Below the pieces are notes generated by a model, which saw only the letters and a list, made by a program, of their open reading frames with translations, did not search any database and had not been told where the DNA came from. Shown here one piece after another: positions 35,428 to 45,138 of a DNA stretch of 64,000 nt. Origin of the DNA: an uncultured Trueperaceae bacterium (GTDB taxonomy: Bacteria; Deinococcota; Deinococci; Deinococcales; Trueperaceae). Location: positions 1,056,001-1,120,000 of the forward strand of contig CAWFFU010000003.1 of NCBI GenBank assembly GCA_963815215.1. Reading direction: 5' to 3'. Every line of letters begins with the position of its first letter. Position 1 is the stretch's first letter. The position numbers and the translations under genes were made by a program.

Positions 35428-35538
35428 AGCGCGCGTCCTTCGACCCGCGACCAGGACACTCGCCCCGTCGAGCACGCGGCGAAGGCGCTACCATGGTAAC
35501 GGTCGCAGGCCGAACCATCGACGACCGGAGGGGTGTGC

Positions 35539-36765
35539 GTGGCGTACTCGGTCGCCCGACTCGCGTGGCGCAACCTGTGGAGGCACCGCAGCCGCACGCT
35601 GCTGTTGCTCGTCGTGGTGGCGTACGCGTCGCTCGCGATCATCCTGTTCTGGGGTTTCTACGACGGCTTCGTCGCCTCCCTGCTTAGCAGCCAGGGACGC
35701 TATGGCAGCGCTCCCGTGCTGGTGACGACGACCGCGTACCGTGCCGATCCAGACCCACAGAATGCCCTGGCTCAGCTCGACTTCCGCGCCGGGATCGCGC
35801 GACTGCCCGGCGTCGGCGCGATCGCGGCTCGCCTCACCTTCCCTGCCCTGCTGCGCTCGCCGTACACCGCCCTGGCCGCGCAGGCGCGAGGCGTGGAACC
35901 TCAGCGCGAAGCGCAGGTGAGCAACGTTCCCTCGAGCGTCGGCATCGGCCGGATGCTCACAGGGCCCGGCGAGATCGTGCTCGGCAGCGAACTGGCGAAG
36001 CGGCTCGACGTACGGGTGGGCGAGCGCCTGGTCGTGGATGCGCAATCGCTCGCCGGTCCACAGGCCCTGGGGCTGCGGGTGGTCGGCATCGTGAACTCGG
36101 GCATCGCCTTCGTGGACCGCTCCACGGTGATGGTCGACATCGCCGACGCCCGTCGCCTCACCGGCGTGACGACGGCCACGGGCCTGGCCCTGGACGTGCC
36201 GTACCGCTCGGAGCGACGCGTCGCCGCGCGCCTCGACCGGGACGGCGCCCTGCCTGCCGGGGTGCGCGCCTACAGCGTTCAGGACATGCTGTCGGGACTG
36301 ATGAGCGGCATCGAGGCCAAGCGCCGCTCGATGATCCCGATGGCGCTGATCTTCTCCATCTTCGCTGCCGTGACCGTTCTCAGCACCGTCGTTGTCAGCG
36401 TATTCGAGCGCACCCGTGAGTTCGGGGTGGCGGCCTCGCTGGGCCTCGATCCGTTCAGCCTCGCCTGGATGGTGACGCTCGAGGCGACGTTCACAGCGGC
36501 CATGGGGCTGGTCATCGGCGCCGCTCTCGGCTACGCCATCGACTTCATCCTCAGCCAGGTGAACCTCGTGGGTCCGCTCATCATGACCTTCTACGGCGGC
36601 ATCCTCAAGGACGTTGCGCTGGGCGACGAGATCTACTTCGCGACCTCGATCGCCTACCTGGGATGGGCCTCCATCACCATCATCCTGGCCGCCCTCTTCG
36701 CGGCGCTGGCGCCCGCCCGCAGGCTGCTCCGCCTGCGGCCTGCCGAGGCTCTGCGCGCGCTGTGA
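35539..36765 (+). CDS. FtsX/LolE-like ABC permease
   Basis: LAWRNLWRH, large extracytoplasmic loop, ERTREFG. Confidence 0.9.
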   Translation: MAYSVARLAWRNLWRHRSRTLLLLVVVAYASLAIILFWGFYDGFVASLLSSQGRYGSAPVLVTTTAYRADPDPQNALAQLDFRAGIARLPGVGAIAARLTFPALLRSPYTALAAQARGVEPQREAQVSNVPSSVGIGRMLTGPGEIVLGSELAKRLDVRVGERLVVDAQSLAGPQALGLRVVGIVNSGIAFVDRSTVMVDIADARRLTGVTTATGLALDVPYRSERRVAARLDRDGALPAGVRAYSVQDMLSGLMSGIEAKRRSMIPMALIFSIFAAVTVLSTVVVSVFERTREFGVAASLGLDPFSLAWMVTLEATFTAAMGLVIGAALGYAIDFILSQVNLVGPLIMTFYGGILKDVALGDEIYFATSIAYLGWASITIILAALFAALAPARRLLRLRPAEALRAL

Positions 36766-36802
36766 GCGGCTTCAGGCAGCATCGCTCGCAGGAGGTCGCA
36801 GG

Positions 36803-38029
36803 GTGCTGAGCCTCGCCTGGCGCAACCTCTGGCGGCAGCGCCGGCGCAGCTTCACGACCGCGGCCGCGGTCGCGTTGGTGGTGCTGATCTCGATCCTCTT
36901 CTACAGCATGGGGGGTGCGCTGACCAACTCCTTCTACCAGGACGTGACGCAGCGGGCCGGACATCTGCAGGTGCACGTGAAGGGCTACCGCGACAAGGTC
37001 GATCTCCGGGATCGCCTGCTGCGCCCCGCCGACACGCTGCTGGCTACCGTCGCCCGGGCGGCGCCCGGAGGCGTGGTCTTCGGGGTGCTGCAGGTGCCGG
37101 CCTTGGTCGCCAGCGGCTCGCGTTCGCGCGGAGCGGCGGTCCTCGGCGAGGACCGGCCCCCGACGCTGGGCGAGTCCGGTAGCGGGCGCACCCTGCTCGC
37201 CGGGAGCCTCGTGCCGCCCGGCGACCGGCGCGACATCGTGCTCGGGGCGGGGCTCGCCGATGCGCTCCACGTCGGTATCGGCGACGAGGTCTCGGTGTAC
37301 GCCCCCGGTACCGAGGGGATCGGCGCGGCGCGGTACTCCGTGCGCGGCCTGGTGCACCTCGACGACCCCACCGCCGAGGCGAGCACCGCCTACCTGTCGC
37401 TCGCCGCCGCGCAAGAGCTCGCCGCACCCGACGCGGTGGGGCGCTTCGAAGTGCACTTCCCTTCGCTCCACGACATGCGTTCGGAGGCGGTCGTCAGCTC
37501 GACTGCCCACCGCCTCGAGCAGGTCCTGGGGGCCGGCTACGCGGTCGAGACCTGGCGCGAGCTCGATCCCACGTTGCTCGGTCTGGTGAAGATGATGAAC
37601 CCCATCCTCTACGGCATGTCCCTCATCTTCTACGTCCTCGCCGGCCTGCTCGTCCTCAACACCGTCTACCTCAGCCTCATCGAGCGGGTGCGCGAGTTCG
37701 GCCTTGTCATCGCGCTCGGCGCCGAAGGGCGGCAGGTCGTGCGCATGATCCTGACGGAGAGCGTGCTGCTCTGCCTCTGCGGCGCGGCCGTCGGCCTGGC
37801 CGCGGGGCTGAGCGCCGTGGCCGCCCTGGCGCCCGGTTTCGAGTTACCCGCCTTCGAGGGACTCTACGCCGCCCTCGGCATCTCACCCGTGCTCTACCCG
37901 AGCGTGACCGTCAGCCAGGTGACGTTCGCCCTGGTCTTCACCCTCGCGACCGCGATCGCCGCCGCGCTCTGGCCTGCGATGCTGGCCACCCGTATCGAGC
38001 CGGTGGAGGCCATGCGGCATACCGCGTGA
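36803..38029 (+). CDS. FtsX/LolE-like ABC permease (second subunit)
   Basis: LAWRNLWRQ, ERVREFG, IEPVEAMR. Confidence 0.9.
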   Translation: MLSLAWRNLWRQRRRSFTTAAAVALVVLISILFYSMGGALTNSFYQDVTQRAGHLQVHVKGYRDKVDLRDRLLRPADTLLATVARAAPGGVVFGVLQVPALVASGSRSRGAAVLGEDRPPTLGESGSGRTLLAGSLVPPGDRRDIVLGAGLADALHVGIGDEVSVYAPGTEGIGAARYSVRGLVHLDDPTAEASTAYLSLAAAQELAAPDAVGRFEVHFPSLHDMRSEAVVSSTAHRLEQVLGAGYAVETWRELDPTLLGLVKMMNPILYGMSLIFYVLAGLLVLNTVYLSLIERVREFGLVIALGAEGRQVVRMILTESVLLCLCGAAVGLAAGLSAVAALAPGFELPAFEGLYAALGISPVLYPSVTVSQVTFALVFTLATAIAAALWPAMLATRIEPVEAMRHTA

Positions 38030-39525
38030 ACGCGGAGGTCGACCCCCCGGACGCCCCCGCCGCGGGGCGCACCACGCGCCGACCCTGGGTGCTGGCGGCG
38101 CTGGTGCTCGCCATGTTCATGGCGGCCATCGAGGGCACCATCGTCGCCACCGCCATGCCCAGCATCGCGGCCAGCCTCGGCGGGTTCGCGCTGTACAGCT
38201 GGGTCTTCTCGGCGTTCTTGCTGATGCAGGCGATCTCGACGCCGATGTTCGGGAAGCTGGCCGATCTCTACGGCCGCAAGCCCGTCTTCGTGGGCGGCGT
38301 GCTGTTGTTCCTGGTCGGCTCCATCCTGTGCGGCCTGGCGCCTTCGATGGTGACGCTGGTCGTGTTCCGGGCCATCCAGGGGCTCGGAGCCGGCGCCGCC
38401 TACCCCACCGTAACCACCCTCGCCGGCGACCTCTACGCGCTCCGCGAACGCGCCCGCGTGCAGGGATACCTCTCCAGCGTCTGGGGCGTGTCCGCCGTGA
38501 TCGGACCGCTCGCCGGCGGGCTGATCGTGCAGGTCGCCCACTGGTCTTGGATCTTCTGGCTCAACGTGCCGTTCGGTGTGTTCGCCATCCTCGGCGTCGT
38601 GCTCTTCCTACACGAGGACGTGCAGACCCGCCGGCACCACATCGACGGTCTGGGTGCAGGCCTGTTCCTGGTGTCCATCTCTGCGCTCATGCTGGTGCTG
38701 ACCGAGGCGGGCCAATGGGGGGTCCCGCGGCTGGTCGTGCTCTCATGCGTGTCGGCGCTCGGACTGGCCGCCTTCCTCTGGCACGAGCGGCGCGCGCCCG
38801 AACCGATGATCGACCTCGCCCAGTGGCGCGACCGCCTCATCGCCACCTCCAACCTGGCCACCCTGACTTCCGGGGTGATGATGATCGGCCTCATCACCTA
38901 CCTGCCCACCTACGTGCAGGGGATCATGGGCCAGTCCCCGCTCGTTGCCGGCTTCACCCTCACCAGCATGTCGATCGGCTGGCCGATCGCGTCGGTGCTG
39001 GCCGGCAGGCTACTGGTTCCACTCGGCGCCCGCGCGACCGCCCGCATCGGCGGAGCCGCCGGCTTGCTCGCGGGCGCGCTCTTCGTCCTCATGCGTCCCT
39101 CGTTCGGTCCGCTGTGGGCCAGCGTATCGTCGCTGCTCATGGGGGTGGGGATGGGCTTCCTCTCCACCACCTTCATCGTGGCCATCCAGAGCAGCGTGGG
39201 CTGGGACAGGCGCGGCGTCGCCACCGCAACCAACTTGTTCATGCGAATCCTGGGGAACGCCATGGGCGCGGCCCTGCTCGGCGGGACGCTCAATCTCGGG
39301 CTGCGCCACAGCTTCGCACAACGCGGGTTGGCGGGCAGCGCATCGCTGGACAGCGTACAGAGCCTGCTGGAGCGGGGCACCTCCGCGGCCGGCGGAGGGC
39401 CTGCGATGGACGCGTTGCGCAGCAGCCTGGCGTTCGGCCTGCATCGGGTCTACCTCGTCGTGTTCCTGTTCACGGTGGCCACCGCAGCCCTGACCCTGCT
39501 ACTCCCCCGGCCCCGGCTCGAGTAG
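38026..39525 (+). CDS. 14-TM MFS drug efflux transporter (DHA2-like)
   Basis: IEGTIVATAMP, GKLADLYGRK, WIFWLNVP. Confidence 0.92.
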   Translation: MNAEVDPPDAPAAGRTTRRPWVLAALVLAMFMAAIEGTIVATAMPSIAASLGGFALYSWVFSAFLLMQAISTPMFGKLADLYGRKPVFVGGVLLFLVGSILCGLAPSMVTLVVFRAIQGLGAGAAYPTVTTLAGDLYALRERARVQGYLSSVWGVSAVIGPLAGGLIVQVAHWSWIFWLNVPFGVFAILGVVLFLHEDVQTRRHHIDGLGAGLFLVSISALMLVLTEAGQWGVPRLVVLSCVSALGLAAFLWHERRAPEPMIDLAQWRDRLIATSNLATLTSGVMMIGLITYLPTYVQGIMGQSPLVAGFTLTSMSIGWPIASVLAGRLLVPLGARATARIGGAAGLLAGALFVLMRPSFGPLWASVSSLLMGVGMGFLSTTFIVAIQSSVGWDRRGVATATNLFMRILGNAMGAALLGGTLNLGLRHSFAQRGLAGSASLDSVQSLLERGTSAAGGGPAMDALRSSLAFGLHRVYLVVFLFTVATAALTLLLPRPRLE

Positions 39526-39533
39526 CCGACCAC

Positions 39534-39573
39534 GAACGGGCTCCGCGGCCGGTCGCGGCCGCGGAGCCCGTTC
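39534..39573. terminator. Perfect 18-bp hairpin between convergent genes
   Basis: GAACGGGCTCCGCGGCCG-gtcg-CGGCCGCGGAGCCCGTTC; a second small hairpin follows at about 39577-39594. Confidence 0.75.
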
Positions 39574-39595
39574 ACCCTTCGGTCGTGACCGAAGA

Positions 39596-40288
39596 CTACT
39601 TGAGCGTCTTGAGGTACCCGAAGATGTCGCTGACTTCCTGGGCGGTGGGCGGCTTGCCGCTATCGGTCTTGAAGCCTGCCGCCTGCCAGCGCGGCATCGT
39701 CTGCTCGAGCGTCGCCCCCACGTCGTCGACGCCGACGCGCACAGAGCGGTTGAACTGCCAGATGCCCCAGCCGCCGATGCCGGCATCGGTGTAGGTGAGG
39801 TTCGGGAAATCGCCCTGACCCTGGGCCGTCGCGCCGTGGCACATGGCGCAGTTCTGGTCGTAGAGAACCTTGCCGTTCTTCACATCCGGCGCGGGTGCCG
39901 GCGTCACCGTGACCGGCACGTCGACGGTGGTGCTCTGGTAGCCCAGGGTGAGCGTGGTGGTGCCACTGTCGGCGTTCGGGAGCACGATGTTCGGGAAGGC
40001 GGGCTTGTAGTTCGGCCCGGTGAAGAAGGTGGCGACGCCCTTGACCTCACCCTCGCTGCCCGCTTCGGTAACGGTATGGGCCGGCTTGTAGGTCCAGTCG
40101 CCGGCCTCGGCGCCGGGCCCTTCGCTATTCAGTGGCGTGGTCTGGCCGTTGGCCACCGACGCCACCTCGGGGATCGCATACCCCGACGCCGGCACGGTGA
40201 TCGGCTTAGCCTGTAGCGTGAGGCCGGCGGCCACCGCGGTACCGGCGACCAAACCCCCCACGAGCAATATCCATCCTCGAATCTTCAC
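39596..40288 (-). CDS. Secreted c-type cytochrome with N-terminal beta-rich domain
   Basis: Signal peptide, CAMCH heme motif, distal MP. GTG start after GAGGAGG. Confidence 0.85.
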   Translation of the reverse strand: MKIRGWILLVGGLVAGTAVAAGLTLQAKPITVPASGYAIPEVASVANGQTTPLNSEGPGAEAGDWTYKPAHTVTEAGSEGEVKGVATFFTGPNYKPAFPNIVLPNADSGTTTLTLGYQSTTVDVPVTVTPAPAPDVKNGKVLYDQNCAMCHGATAQGQGDFPNLTYTDAGIGGWGIWQFNRSVRVGVDDVGATLEQTMPRWQAAGFKTDSGKPPTAQEVSDIFGYLKTLK

Positions 40289-40444
40289 ACCCTGCCTCCT
40301 CATTCATGCTGGAACCGGCGCACACATACGTACGGAGGCAACCATAAGCCTCGCTCGTTCCAGACGTCAACCACGTACCGGAAGGGAAGGTACTCACATC
40401 GTCGGCGCCCTCGACGGCCTAGCCTCGATGAGGGCAGGCACTCC

Positions 40445-41602
40445 ATGCACCAACGACGACACGCACCCCCGGCACTCCTCACGCTTCTCCTGGCGCTCGC
40501 TCCCCTGGCCCACGCGCTCGACGCCGCGCAGGTCGCCCCTGCCTTGGAGGCCCGCTTCCCCCCCAGCGCGGCGTACCTGGATTGTCCGTTCGACGGCAAG
40601 GCACGGACCTGCGTCCTCATCCCCCACGCCACGAGCCTGCGGCGTGCCTACACCGACGTGCTGGCGTTCGTCCGGGCGCTACCCGACGTCACCGCCATCG
40701 ATGGACATGGAGCCCCGTCCTCAGCGGCGTTCGTCATCGGCGACACGGCCTACCGGCTGACGCTCGCCCGGAGCCGGGCGCGAGCGGGCGCCGTTGCGGC
40801 GACCCTGCGCTTCGCATTCGATCGGCAGAGGGCCTTCAACGTGGCCTGCCTCCGCCCCGAGGCACTCTTCGACGACGCGCGTCTGGGCTCGATGGACGCC
40901 GCCACCTACGGAACGATGACCACCGCCATCGCCTGCCACGGGGCCGACACGGTCGACAGCCTCGGCCGCACCCCCCTGACCATGGCCGTTCTCAGCGGTA
41001 ACGTGCGGGCGGTGCGGGTACTGCTGCGCGGCGGAGCGGATCCGAACCACATCACGAAGAGCGGCTGGACCCCACTGCTGTTCGCCGCCCGAGCCGGCAC
41101 TCGCGTCATCCTGGACACACTCTTGCTCGCTGGCGCCGATCCGAGCTACTTCGCCCCCGACGGCTCGACGGTCGACACGCTCGAGCCCTTCAACCCGCAC
41201 CTCAGCGTCCACCCCGGTCTCGACGCGGCAGCACGAGCCGAAACCGGGCCGATCCGGCCGGCCGCCCTCTCGTGGACGCCCGGGACGAGCGCACCGGCGC
41301 TGCCACCGGCGGCCTCCGCCCCGGCGAACGCAGGCGGGACCGACGCGGCGACGGTCGCCCGCAGATCCCCGCCGCGCAGCGGATCGCGACTCCCCGTCGT
41401 CGTACTGGAGCTGCTGGCGCTGGGCACGATCGGCGCCCTGGCCGTCCTGCGCCGGCGCCGCGGCCCGTCCGACTCCGGCCCCGTTGCGGTGAGCATCACG
41501 CAGCCCGATCTGCCGGCGATGCCGGTACCCGGACCCTTCCGGCGACACCGTTCCGGCCGCCGCTTGGAGCCTGCCCCCCGCTCGGACGACCGGCCGCTGT
41601 GA
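40445..41602 (+). CDS. Secreted, membrane-anchored ankyrin-repeat protein
   Basis: Signal peptide AHA|L, GRTPLTMAV and GWTPLLFAA ankyrin repeats, C-terminal TM followed by RRRR. Confidence 0.8.
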   Translation: MHQRRHAPPALLTLLLALAPLAHALDAAQVAPALEARFPPSAAYLDCPFDGKARTCVLIPHATSLRRAYTDVLAFVRALPDVTAIDGHGAPSSAAFVIGDTAYRLTLARSRARAGAVAATLRFAFDRQRAFNVACLRPEALFDDARLGSMDAATYGTMTTAIACHGADTVDSLGRTPLTMAVLSGNVRAVRVLLRGGADPNHITKSGWTPLLFAARAGTRVILDTLLLAGADPSYFAPDGSTVDTLEPFNPHLSVHPGLDAAARAETGPIRPAALSWTPGTSAPALPPAASAPANAGGTDAATVARRSPPRSGSRLPVVVLELLALGTIGALAVLRRRRGPSDSGPVAVSITQPDLPAMPVPGPFRRHRSGRRLEPAPRSDDRPL

Positions 41603-41621
41603 GACCGCCCCGAGAGGGCCG

Positions 41622-42497
41622 CTAGCGGATGCGTGGGTCCAGCACGTCGCGCAGCCCGTCACCGAGAAGGTTGAAGCCGAGGACGGCGAGACTGATCGCC
41701 ACGCCGGGCGCGATCGCCATGATGGGATCGATGGCGAGGTAGAGCTGAGCTTCGCTGAGCATCGCCCCCCACTCGGGCGTCGGCGGTTGGACCCCGAGTC
41801 CGAGGAACGACAGTGACGCCGCGATGAGGATCACCGTACCGATGCGCAGCGTGATGTACACGAGGATCGGCGCCAGGATGTTGGGTAGCACGTGCCGGAA
41901 CATGATGCGCGCGGAGCTCGCGGCCAGCGCCTGGCTCGCTTCGACGTAGGCGCGCTCCTTGAGCGCCAGCGCCGAGCCTCGCACGAGTCGCGCGAAGATC
42001 GGGATCCCGAAGATGGTGGTGGCCAGGATGACGTTGCGGAACCCCGGCCCGGCGATCGCGATGATGCCGATCGCCAGCAGCAATCCCGGGAACGCGAGCA
42101 AGATGTCGGTGATGCGGCCCGAGAGGGTATCGAACCAGCCTCCCAGGTAGCCGGCGAGCAGGCCCCACAGGCCGCCGATGAGTGCGCTGAAGCCCGTTGC
42201 CAGGACGCCGATGCTCAACGAGAAGCGGGCGCCGACCAGCGTGCGGCTGAGGATGTCGCGGCCGTAGTTGTCGGTGCCGAGCCAGTGCGCCTCCGAGAGG
42301 GGCGCGTTGACGTGCAGGTAGTCGGCCTGTGCCGGATCGTAGGGCGCCAACAGGTGGCCGAAGAACGCCATGAGGACGAACACGGTGGTCAGCACCAGCC
42401 CCGTCATGCCGCTGCGGTGGCGCCGGAAGCGCCGCCACAGATCGCGGCCCCGGCTCTCACGGGCGGGCGTGGGCGTCGTCGACGCTGCGTCAGTCAT
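41622..42497 (-). CDS. Peptide/glutathione ABC permease (DppC/GsiD-like)
   Basis: HWLGTDNYGRD, LSFLGLG, PEWGAML. Confidence 0.93.
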   Translation of the reverse strand: MTDAASTTPTPARESRGRDLWRRFRRHRSGMTGLVLTTVFVLMAFFGHLLAPYDPAQADYLHVNAPLSEAHWLGTDNYGRDILSRTLVGARFSLSIGVLATGFSALIGGLWGLLAGYLGGWFDTLSGRITDILLAFPGLLLAIGIIAIAGPGFRNVILATTIFGIPIFARLVRGSALALKERAYVEASQALAASSARIMFRHVLPNILAPILVYITLRIGTVILIAASLSFLGLGVQPPTPEWGAMLSEAQLYLAIDPIMAIAPGVAISLAVLGFNLLGDGLRDVLDPRIR

Positions 42498-43410
42498 AGC
42501 GGATCCTCGGATCGAGGGCGCCGTAGGTGATGTCCACCAGAAGGTTCACCAGCATGAACTCCAGGGCGAACAGCAGCAGCAGGACCTGGAGCACGGCGTA
42601 GTCGCGGAAGCCGATCGACTGGATCAGCAACCAGCCCAGGCCCGTGAAGTTGAACACGGTCTCGATGACCACGGCGCCCCCCAGCAGGAATCCGAACTGC
42701 AGCCCGGTCATGGTCACTACCGGGATCAGGGCGTTGCGAAGGGCGTGCTTGTAGGTGACCGCGGTGTAGCCCAGCCCCTTGGCACTGGCGGTGCGCACGA
42801 AGTCCTCTCCCGACACTTCGAGGAAGCTCGATCGTACGAAGCGCGCGATGGTCGCCAGCGGCGCCAGCGCCAGGCTGATCGAGGGCAGCACGAGCCCGCG
42901 CAGGCTGACGTCCCCGGTCACCGGGAACCAGTGCAGGTCGACGGCGAACAGATAGATGAGGAGGATCCCGAGGAAGAACGAGGGCACGCTGATCCCGGTG
43001 GCCGAGAGCCCCGTGACCACCAGATCGAGCCACGAGTTGCGGCGGGTGGCCGCCATCACCCCCGACAGCACCCCGAGCACGAAGGCGATGACGATGGCGC
43101 TGGTGGACAGCAGCAAGGTGGGCAGGAAGTGTTCCTTGACCACCTGCAGCACGGGCACCTGCTGCCGGTAGGACAGGCCGAAGTCCCCGTGGACGGCGTT
43201 CCGAAGGAAGTAGAGGTACTGCACCGGCAGGCTGTGATTGAGGCCCAGCCGCACCCGCATCGCCTCGACGTCGGCGAGCGTCGCGTCCTGGCCGGCCGCC
43301 AGCCTGGCGGGGTCGCCCGGGATAGCGTGGATGAAGAGAAAGACCGCGATCGAGACACCGATCAGCGTCGGGATGAGCTCGAGCAGTCGCCGGATCAGAT
43401 AGCGCCACAT
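42490..43410 (-). CDS. Peptide/glutathione ABC permease (DppB/GsiC-like)
   Basis: IPGDPA, KHALRNALIP, GAVVIETVF, LDPRIR. Confidence 0.93.
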   Translation of the reverse strand: MWRYLIRRLLELIPTLIGVSIAVFLFIHAIPGDPARLAAGQDATLADVEAMRVRLGLNHSLPVQYLYFLRNAVHGDFGLSYRQQVPVLQVVKEHFLPTLLLSTSAIVIAFVLGVLSGVMAATRRNSWLDLVVTGLSATGISVPSFFLGILLIYLFAVDLHWFPVTGDVSLRGLVLPSISLALAPLATIARFVRSSFLEVSGEDFVRTASAKGLGYTAVTYKHALRNALIPVVTMTGLQFGFLLGGAVVIETVFNFTGLGWLLIQSIGFRDYAVLQVLLLLFALEFMLVNLLVDITYGALDPRIRYD

Positions 43411-43432
43411 GATAGAGGGTCGTCAACGAGCC

Positions 43433-43462
43433 GGAGCCGGCCCGCTGAGGCGGGCCGGCTCC
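43433..43462 (-). terminator. Intercistronic hairpin after the substrate-binding protein gene
   Basis: GGAGCCGGCCCGC-tgag-GCGGGCCGGCTCC. Confidence 0.65.
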
Positions 43463-43475
43463 ACTCGCGAAGGAC

Positions 43476-44993
43476 TTACTGCAGGCTCGCCGCCCGCGCG
43501 TCCACGGTGCCGTCGGGCATGTAGAACACGCCGCTCACGCTCTTGGAGACGCCGGCGATGTTGTACGGGCTGTACAGGAAGACCCAGGGAGCATCGTTCC
43601 AGATGGTCTTCTCGGCCGCCGCGTAGGCCTGGTTACGGATGTCCTGGTTGGCCGTGCTGAGGCCGTCGGCGATCAGCTTGTTGACGTTGGGGTTGTCGTA
43701 GAACGCCAGGTTGTACAGATCGGGCGGCCAGGAGGCCTTGTCGAACAACGGACGCAGGCCCCAGTCGGCGTCGCCGGTCGACGGCGACCAGCCGATGACG
43801 ACCGCCTGCAGGGTGGTCTTGTCGAACGGCGCGAACACGGTGCTGGAGAAGGTGCCGCTCTCCATGGGGTTGATCTTGGCGGTCACCCCGACCTTGGCGA
43901 ACATCTGCTGCAGCACCTGGTCGATCTGCTGGTAGGTGGTGCTGTTGAGCGAGTCGATGGTGAAGGTGAAGCCGTTCGGGTAGCCGGCCTCGGCCAGGAG
44001 CTGCTTGGCCTTCTCGGGGTCGTACGCGTAGGGCGTCTGCGCGGAGTAGCCCGTGACCTGCTTGGCGATGGGAGCGGTCAGCTCGGTGCCGAAGCCCTTG
44101 GCGATGACGTCGACGATGGTCTTCTTGTCGACCGCGTAGTTGAGCGCCTGGCGCACGCGCTGGTCGTTGAACGGCTTGGCCTGGGTGTTCATCGCCATGT
44201 AGCGCACGTAGATGCTCGGCTGGGCGGTGACGGTCAGGTTGGCCGCCGACTTGATGGGATCGACGAGCTGAGGCGGCAGGTCCTCGATGAACTGCACCTC
44301 ACCGCTCTGCAGCATGGCCACGCGGGTGGCGGCGTTCGGGACGAACAGGAACTGCAGCGTCTCGACCTTGGGCGCATCGCCCCAGTAGTTGGGGTTGGCC
44401 TTCAGGACGACTTTCTGACCGGGCGTCCAGCTCACGAACTCGAACGGGCCGGTGCCGACGGGGTTCTTGGCCACGTCCTTGCCGTACTTCTTGATCGCCG
44501 CCGGGCTGACGATTCGACCGGCGGGGTGAGCGAAGGTGTAGAGCATCGCGCCGAACGGCTTGGAGAGCGTGAACTTGACCTGGTACTCCGACACCGCGTC
44601 CACGGACTTGATGACGTTGTACAGGCTCTCGCGCTTGAAGTGGTTGGCCGGATCGATGACCCAGTCGAAGTAGGTCTTGACCGCTTCGGCGTTGAAGGGG
44701 GTCCCGTCCTGGAACGTCACGCCCTTGCGCAGGTCGAAGGTGAAGACCGTGGCGTCAGGGCTGGCCGTCCACGAGGTGGCCAGCTCGGGCACGAGCTTCC
44801 CAGCCTTGTCGAAGCCGACCAGGCCTTCGTAGATGGGACGCTCGATGGAGAAGTCGAGATTCCCGTTGGTGTCCCCGGGGTTGAGCGTGATGGCGTTGCC
44901 GGACATCGCCACACTGACCGTGCCGCTCGCAGCGAACGCGGCGCCCAACGACAGCACGACCCCGACAACGAGGAGTAGAAGCGTCTTTCTCAT
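43476..44993 (-). CDS. Family 5 ABC substrate-binding protein (GsiB-like)
   Basis: Signal peptide, IYEGLV, FQDGTPFNAEAVK, GTGPF, GWSPSTGDADWGL. Confidence 0.92.
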   Translation of the reverse strand: MRKTLLLLVVGVVLSLGAAFAASGTVSVAMSGNAITLNPGDTNGNLDFSIERPIYEGLVGFDKAGKLVPELATSWTASPDATVFTFDLRKGVTFQDGTPFNAEAVKTYFDWVIDPANHFKRESLYNVIKSVDAVSEYQVKFTLSKPFGAMLYTFAHPAGRIVSPAAIKKYGKDVAKNPVGTGPFEFVSWTPGQKVVLKANPNYWGDAPKVETLQFLFVPNAATRVAMLQSGEVQFIEDLPPQLVDPIKSAANLTVTAQPSIYVRYMAMNTQAKPFNDQRVRQALNYAVDKKTIVDVIAKGFGTELTAPIAKQVTGYSAQTPYAYDPEKAKQLLAEAGYPNGFTFTIDSLNSTTYQQIDQVLQQMFAKVGVTAKINPMESGTFSSTVFAPFDKTTLQAVVIGWSPSTGDADWGLRPLFDKASWPPDLYNLAFYDNPNVNKLIADGLSTANQDIRNQAYAAAEKTIWNDAPWVFLYSPYNIAGVSKSVSGVFYMPDGTVDARAASLQ

Positions 44994-45138
44994 GTCACCT
45001 CCGAATGGGAACTCTCGTCGCCCGTCACCTACCGCGGGCATACCAGGCGGTTGACTGGCCTGGCGGGTAGTGTAACTTGTTCCATCGTGAGCCATGAAGA
45101 TTCTCGAAGAAGGCCGTCGTGGAAGGGCATTCAGGGGA

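Noticed and set aside
40520..40830. Possible paralogy between the ankyrin protein N-domain and the 57640-58116 protein
   Set aside because: Only a similar Cys pair and size; no convincing alignment by eye.
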